From Klebsormidium nitens (taxonomy: Eukaryota > Plantae > Klebsormidiophyceae): a stretch of DNA of 64,000 nucleotides. The translations under genes were made by a program, and so were the position numbers. The stretch spans positions 1,227-65,226 of the forward strand of contig DF237465.1 of NCBI GenBank assembly GCA_000708835.1, written 5' to 3'. The notes beneath the pieces were generated by a model, which saw only the letters and a program-made list of their open reading frames with translations, was not told where the DNA came from and searched no databases. This document shows, piece after piece, positions 58,201 through 64,000 of this stretch (position 1 is the stretch's first letter; every line of letters begins with the position of its first letter).

Positions 58201-59826
58201 CGTTGGGGGATCCCCCAGCCGCGGAGGAATATTGCACGCGGTTCCACGAAGAGGGGGGGAACGTGGCGGGGGGGATCGAGCAGAGCATCGGAGTGGATAC
58301 GGGGGCGGTCACTGGGGGGAGGGGACAGGGGGAGGGGGGGGTAGAAGGAAAGGGTGGGAGCGCCAGAAAAGGGGAGACGGAGGGGGTGAATATGTACTTG
58401 ACACTGTTGGAGGTGAGTGACGTGGGCAGGCGCGTCGTGACAAGGTCTGTGGATTGCGAAATGCTAGAAGGTCTGGGATCAGCGAATCTCCAAGAACGGG
58501 CTATTCATGACTGTAGAGTAGAAGTTGGCATCCGATTTGATGCGGACAGTCGACAAGAGGCCATTGCATCTGGTTCCGCCTGTGAGCCTTGAGTCTGCTG
58601 CGTTGAGGCAGCTAGGTAACACACGTGCCTCGTTACAATCCATGAATCGTCCGAACTCCCCGTGAGTGTTTGATTCAAGATCGGACCACGGTCAAACAAC
58701 CAGTACATGCAAGTTGAATTCGACAAGGAGGTGTCAAAGGTCCTGCAAACGTTTTGTCAAGATTCTCTATGATGCGCAGGTGTATCTTGACCCTCACGTG
58801 GGAGCTTCCGATGTCCCTTCTCACCAGCGTGGAGCCAACGAGGACACTCCACGTGGCACTGCGAGCAACTCCGACGGAGTCTCCACCTCAGGCGCCGGTA
58901 ACGACGTCCAAGTCTTCCCGGGGGGTGCGCGCAGGGGCAGTTCTACCCCCCGGAGTCGAAAACCGCGCAACTTACAGCCAAACTTAGAAACGATACGCGC
59001 CTCCTCTCAGAGCAGCGGTTCAGAGGAGGCCGCTTTCCAAAACGGCCCCGGTTTGGGAGCGGTTAGTGTAAACCAGGAGGTCATGCTTGACGATGCGCTG
59101 CGGCTCTTGGTGCGGTTTTGGGACCGAATAGACGGCGCAAAGGCAGTGCGGCTGCTACCGGGGACGGTCGAGATTGGGCGGCTGATTCCATTTCTCGGGC
59201 CGCTGCTCCGGCGGATCAGCGAGGGGAAACGGAATGCCGCGGTCGTGAAGAGCCTGCGGCGCAGCGAGAATCTGCAGGCAAGCGACCGGCGGGAGTGCTC
59301 AAATTGCGGTTATATGCGAATGCCCGATTACGTATCTCCTTCTGACCCTTTCCCCTGTGTCCTTTGCTTTCATCCTAAAGAATGGCAGCCCGTCACCATT
59401 TTTTGCTTCCCGTTCTGACACCTTGCAACTTCGTGTCCTTGAGCACTCTTTCACCTGTTCGATATGGGATGTTTTATTGATCTGAAGTCGCAAATCGTAA
59501 TGGAAATCGGAAGTATGTTCCGTTACCTTTGACGCCTGACCGATCGTAAGCGGACGACGCTGCAATTCAAGCCATACATAACAAAGCGGAACGGAAAGGG
59601 ATAGAAAGAAATGAACTTTTGAGACGTGGTTGAAAGCTCATCCTCCCCTCCTTCCGCACAGGTGCGAGATCGGTTGCTCGAAGAACGGCGGCGTTCGTTC
59701 CGTGTGACAGGTGGCACTCTCTGCACCATCTGTCACAAGAAGATCGGGACAGGCGTGTTTGCCGTGCATCCAGACAACCGGCTCGTCCATTTCTCGTGCT
59801 ATAAGGAGACCGGGACAGCACCATGA
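52300..59826 (+). CDS. VPS39: Vacuolar sorting protein 39 / Vam6-like (CNH domain, CHCR repeat, C-terminal zinc-finger-like), 10 exons, 1066 aa
   Basis: Exons 52300-52389, 52753-52890, 53343-53744, 54736-54867, 55375-55521, 55890-56048, 56489-57178, 57633-58412, 58780-59277, 59662-59826, all phase 0. MVHSAF start, DNIGVFVDAAGK, LLYERALLLGRLGKHRQAL, SLRRSENLQ|VRDRL and CTICHKKIGTGVFAVHP...VHFSC match plant VPS39 as I recall it. Confidence 0.92.
54330..54610 (+). repeat. Three decayed copies of the VPS39 exon 4 acceptor plus exon start
   Basis: Pseudo-starts at 54339 (cag|gataattaacggcgtcttcgtggatgctgcc), 54454 (tag|aacaagattgccgtgcttgtggttgctgcc) and 54569 (cgg|gacaacatcggcgtgtttgtg); true start 54736 (cag|gacaacatcggcgtatttgtggatgctgcc). 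Confidence 0.8.
57551..57616 (+). repeat. 33-bp tandem duplication in VPS39 intron 7
   Basis: gcctcatgtttcagaagtcgcagaacgaagtac followed by gcctcatgtttcacaagtcgcagaacgaagtac (1 mismatch). Confidence 0.9.
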
Positions 59827-60786
59827 AAACTTTATGCAAGTTTTGACTTGCGTACAAATCAAACATCTGTCGTTCTTCGGCTTCATCAACTTCGGACTCT
59901 ACGTTCTTCTTGCTAGCCGGGCGCCCCTTGCAGTGGGGAGCACTGCCAGGATCGCGGTGGTACTTGCCTGCACTAAGGACACTGCAGCAATGCCAGTCGT
60001 TGTCAGACCGTTAATCTGATCCAAGCATAATAAATTCATGTCCGACCATCAAATACGCGGACTTCAACTTCTCTCGCTTAATGCACAGTTGAGACTGTGC
60101 GCTGCGTCAGATCTTTTGCCTAAGGGTACGGGTGATGCTGGAAGGGGGTCTAAGAAGTAGACAATGATTTTTAATATGGCGTTGAGGCAAGCTCGGCCAA
60201 TTGAGGCTCCTTATTTACGGCATACACGAGTTGTGTGCCTCTTTTCAAAATATGCCTGTGCACTACGAATGATCGGTCGAATGATGTGCACAAATGGATG
60301 TTTCCATATAATCATGTGAGCCGGGCCGCCGCGATTAATTGCAAAGCGATAACAATCTAATGCAATATGAACTACGGGCAAATAGTATGCAATGGTTGCT
60401 TCGATCCGATTACATCAGTGTATAGCTATATAGGGCACAGCGTATACCCGGATACCAATTTTAGCCTACAGCTCATGGGGGCCTACATGGCGCAAACAAG
60501 CCATGTGGAAGCCTTCGTTGTTGAAATCAAGTCTACGGAAAGAGACTATGAATTGTCCGCACGCCGCGCGCAATTGCCAAACCGCGGCCGCGCCGGGCTG
60601 CCCGGCGGCCGGGCTGGACAAAGAAATCAATTATTGCAAATGTAGGTAAAAGCTACGTCCGTACAGCTTATCTGACACCTGTTAAGGTCCATAGAACTCG
60701 GAAAACATTTGCATATTGGCTAAAGCATAATCTCATAATCTAATCCATAAGCGGATAGCGGATGAAATAACACTGCACGAAGACGC

Positions 60787-60873
60787 GGGCTATGAACTCT
60801 GTTGGTGATCGTATACGATATATGTATTACATATATGCAACGGGTATACGATCACCCACAGAGTTCATAGCCC
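60787..60873. repeat. 87-nt near-perfect hairpin
   Basis: 30-bp arms 60787-60816 and 60844-60873 (29 of 30 complementary) enclosing a second palindrome atatatgta-t-tacatatat. Confidence 0.85.
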
Positions 60874-61341
60874 CGTTGCATCTGGGTTCTGGTTCTTCCA
60901 CTAACCAAAGTCTCAAAGCCAAACCATAGATAGGCATGAATTTCCTCCAAACCCACACTAGAACCTGGTTTGAACCGGTCAACCCCCTTCTAATGCCCAC
61001 TATAAGGAGGGTATAGGCCATCATAAACCAATAAACTCACCATCTGCTTCCCGTTCTTGTGGATATACGTATATCCATGGAGCACCATCTTGCTATCCAA
61101 AACAGCCCCTCTGCCCGGGCGTAATTCAGATGAAGCAATGCAACATTTGGCATGACGATGCAGCCTGACGCTGACGAAGAATTGTGATTCTCAAACTTCA
61201 AAGGTTTGCTACCGGACCTGCTTCAAACGTGTGCGCGCGTGCAAATCGCAGTGAGCTTACCGTCCGGACAGTCGATACTGATTCGACTAACCTGACGGGA
61301 CGCGGTGTGCCACATCCCGATCGATGTAGTGACTGAAACAG

Positions 61342-61462
61342 CCAGTGAACAGTAACGGAGACGGGTAGGGTTGGTTAGGGGGTTAGGGTGGGTACGGGTG
61401 CGGAGCGGGTGTTTCCTTAGGTTAGGGTTTTTAGTAACCCCAAAATGCTTACTGTTCACTGG
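61342..61462. mobile_element. Short dispersed element, copy D (G-rich core with perfect 14-bp inverted arms)
   Basis: ccagtgaacagtaa (61342-61355) and ttactgttcactgg (61449-61462) around acgggtagggttggttagggggttagggtgggtacgggtgcggagcggg...ttagggtttttag. Confidence 0.75.
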
Positions 61463-61642
61463 GCTTGCTGTTCACTAGATCGAGAAATACGTGTGCCACC
61501 GTCGATGGGAATCGTGCAGGTCGGTGCACTAGCGACAAAACAAGCCACCAATCGAAAAGCTGGAAAGGCCGTCGCGACCGCCGAACTTAATATGCGCCCT
61601 CGCGAGTCGCGACCCCTTTCCTACTGTTTCTCTGCCAACAAA

Positions 61643-63100
61643 ATGAAGCGAAGCGCAATGGCGGCCATGGAAACGGACGCCCAGGACGCACAGGAAGACG
61701 CGCTGAAAGCTCAAAAGCTAGACCATGTTATCTTCAACGATGCATCCAGCAGCGATGTTGTTATTCGTTTGGTGAAGGAGACAGCTGCAGATGGGGCTAC
61801 TTCCGAAGCTTTGTATCTTCACACAGATGTCCTTGTTGCATGCAGCACTTATTTTGCTGCTCAACTCTCCGAGCGCTGGGTCGGGGCGGATGTCTCGGTG
61901 GACGAGCAAGGACGACTTGTTCTTGTTGTGCATTTGAACGACGCTGGGAGCTTTGAGGCGTTCTCTGTGGCCCTTGCTAAGTTGTACGCTGAACTTGGTG
62001 TTGGTAGGGGACAGTCTGAGAAAGACATCAGCTTTTCTGGCTTTCAAGAAGCCTTGGCGTGCCTGCAACCAGCAGACCAACTGGGCTTGGAGTCCCTGTA
62101 CAAATCTGCAGTATCTTATCTCCAGTCGATCCCCTGGACAGTGCAAGAGGAGGGAATGATCGTGGAGCTGCTAAGCCGGACGCGAATTCCTGAGGAAAAG
62201 CTCTTGGAAAGGACTAGGGAAGCAAGCATCACGACTCAGTACAGAATCCTGGAAGCTGTAGTTGCCAATGCGGTCCAGGGTCTAAGATCCTCAGCATTTT
62301 GCCGCAGCTTCGTTGAAAAGTTGCTCAGTTCCGATTCCAGCAGCAACCGGCAAGTGATAGAGAGGGCACTCAATGAGATCTTCAAAGATCTTGAAGCATC
62401 CAGCGTTGAGACATTGAAAAAACTCATTCAGAATCTAGTGAAAGATGCCGGTTTCAAGGCCTTCGCTGACAAGCTGGAATGGCTTTTTGGCCTCCCTCTT
62501 CCATTGGTTGCAAGTGAGCGCAGCCTGAAAATCAAGCGGAAGATAGTGGATGTGGTGCTCCCATTGAGGAGCGACAAGTCAGACTTTCGCATATTATTCT
62601 GGAGCGCAGGCTTGTCCAATTTGCACTCGGTCCTCGTGGCAGAGGTCATCAAAGGGAGGCTTCCCCTGGATGTGGAATGCCGCAAAGGCTTGGTCGAAAT
62701 GTGGTTCCTAGCTTTTAAGTCGCTTTCCGAAGCTGGCTGCTCTTTGGGTGGAAGGCTTCCAGATCCAGAGCTGGCTTTGCTGTCCACTCTCCCGCTTGAC
62801 GACCAAGCAGAAGTGATCGAGCCAGTGCTATCCATCATCTCAGATGAAAGGGCATGGGCGCCCTGGTTTCAATGCTGGATGGAAAAGGTTTGCCACGCAG
62901 GCGGAGAACCGGTAAGTCTGGTGATTGCGGATTTACGCGCTTTATTTACGCATGCTTCTCAAGCTGTTGGGTACAGCTCTAATCTTATGCTACTTAAAAA
63001 GCTGGAAGAGGAAGTCTGTCATGATCACCTACCGTCTACATGGCATGCCTGCGGTTGTGATCATTACCTTGCAAAGCTCTGCTGTGTCTACGAGAATTGA
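61643..63100 (+). CDS. BTB/POZ domain protein (plant At3g05675/At3g50780-like by recollection)
   Basis: Long ORF (61445-63100; likely ATG at 61643 or 61658) with IFNDASSSDVVIRL...LYLHTDVLVACSTYFAAQLSERW and YLQSIPWTVQEE. A likely donor ccg|gtaagt at 62911 means the true 3' end may differ. Confidence 0.8.
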   Translation: MKRSAMAAMETDAQDAQEDALKAQKLDHVIFNDASSSDVVIRLVKETAADGATSEALYLHTDVLVACSTYFAAQLSERWVGADVSVDEQGRLVLVVHLNDAGSFEAFSVALAKLYAELGVGRGQSEKDISFSGFQEALACLQPADQLGLESLYKSAVSYLQSIPWTVQEEGMIVELLSRTRIPEEKLLERTREASITTQYRILEAVVANAVQGLRSSAFCRSFVEKLLSSDSSSNRQVIERALNEIFKDLEASSVETLKKLIQNLVKDAGFKAFADKLEWLFGLPLPLVASERSLKIKRKIVDVVLPLRSDKSDFRILFWSAGLSNLHSVLVAEVIKGRLPLDVECRKGLVEMWFLAFKSLSEAGCSLGGRLPDPELALLSTLPLDDQAEVIEPVLSIISDERAWAPWFQCWMEKVCHAGGEPVSLVIADLRALFTHASQAVGYSSNLMLLKKLEEEVCHDHLPSTWHACGCDHYLAKLCCVYEN

Positions 63101-64000
63101 AAGACTCGTGTCTTTCCAGCGTTGTTGGAGGGAATTTCCACATTGTAGTTGAATGGTCGCTTGATTAAGACAGCTGACACTGCTCGTGCAGGTCCTTCAG
63201 TGTTGAACCTCATCATCCCTCGTGCAAAGTTAAAGCGTCGTCCGAATAGATTTGTCAGATGGAAGAGGTCTTGTGAACGTCCTGCAAAGCCGGTTGAATA
63301 AGCTTTAACATACTCTTCTCTGTACGAAGATGCCGGAAACTGGCCGGGCCATGTGACTAGAGGTTCATCATCGAGGTCGACCATGGTTACCTTTGAATCT
63401 CATCTTTCATGAACGAATTTCTGCTTGCAAGATTCATGACGTTTGAATTGATAGGCTTGATTGAGGGCAATATGGTGCTGAGCATCGCTTATGAAGTCGC
63501 CTTAGCATTCAACGTTATCAAAGCGAGATGGATATGATTGATCGGTATGGCGGCAAGTCCAAGCCGCAAAGCCGGGCTTGTCGATCAAGTCTGTACAGTT
63601 GCTGCCGAGCATTTTTATCATTGCCAGTGTATTAGCTCTGGCTATCGTTTAATTGCATACCAATGCATGTGCTTCCGACATTCAGTCGTGCAAGCCTGTA
63701 ACAAGAGCTGTACTTCAAATCTTCATGATAGAGCATTTCAATTTGATCAGCCTTACTAACAGTGCGTCCGTCACCCCGGTATGATGCTCTGTAATCGTCC
63801 GCGCAAAGGGCGAGTGGACCGTCATATCCCCATTTGCATTCTCGATCCACACGTAACCTGCAGTCCACCCGACAGTGCGGCATCCCAGTCAAGCGAGATG
63901 AGTCATGCAATACATGCATGCACATGAGCGATATCGAGCTCATGCACACGTTAAGTTCCAGAATAAGTGACTCTCAGGCTGCAATCAGACCTTTCCTTCT

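Noticed and set aside
61360-61440. Interstitial telomere
   Set aside because: Only scattered TTAGGG hexamers inside a complex dispersed core; no tandem telomeric array.

Overview
Eukaryotic, intron-rich, roughly 50-55% GC nuclear DNA with plant-type genes. A streptophyte alga such as Klebsormidium is my inference from gene content and splice style, not a database result. Gene order: 3' part of an SLX9/FAM207A-like gene (+); three tandem germin-like (cupin) genes (-), the third with exons 4-5 on the opposite strand; a SAM-domain gene and a long low-complexity ORF (-); an AT74-type histidine phosphatase (+); a BRWD/PHIP-like WD40 gene (-) with an apparent 1-bp frameshift and no visible bromodomain; an intronless F-box/LRR gene (+); ORC2 (-); initiator tRNA-Met (-); VPS39/Vam6-like (+); a BTB/POZ gene (+). 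Three patterns are not explained by this gene list. (1) The intragenic exon inversion in germin-like gene 3. (2) About 22 decayed tandem 'echo' copies of splice junction plus exon edge in 7 of the 9 multi-exon genes. (3) A roughly 75-bp G-rich dispersed core found four times inside three unrelated sets of inverted-repeat arms. Exon coordinates were read by hand and checked for phase consistency; they need RNA-seq confirmation. No rRNA, CRISPR array or intact transposase was seen.
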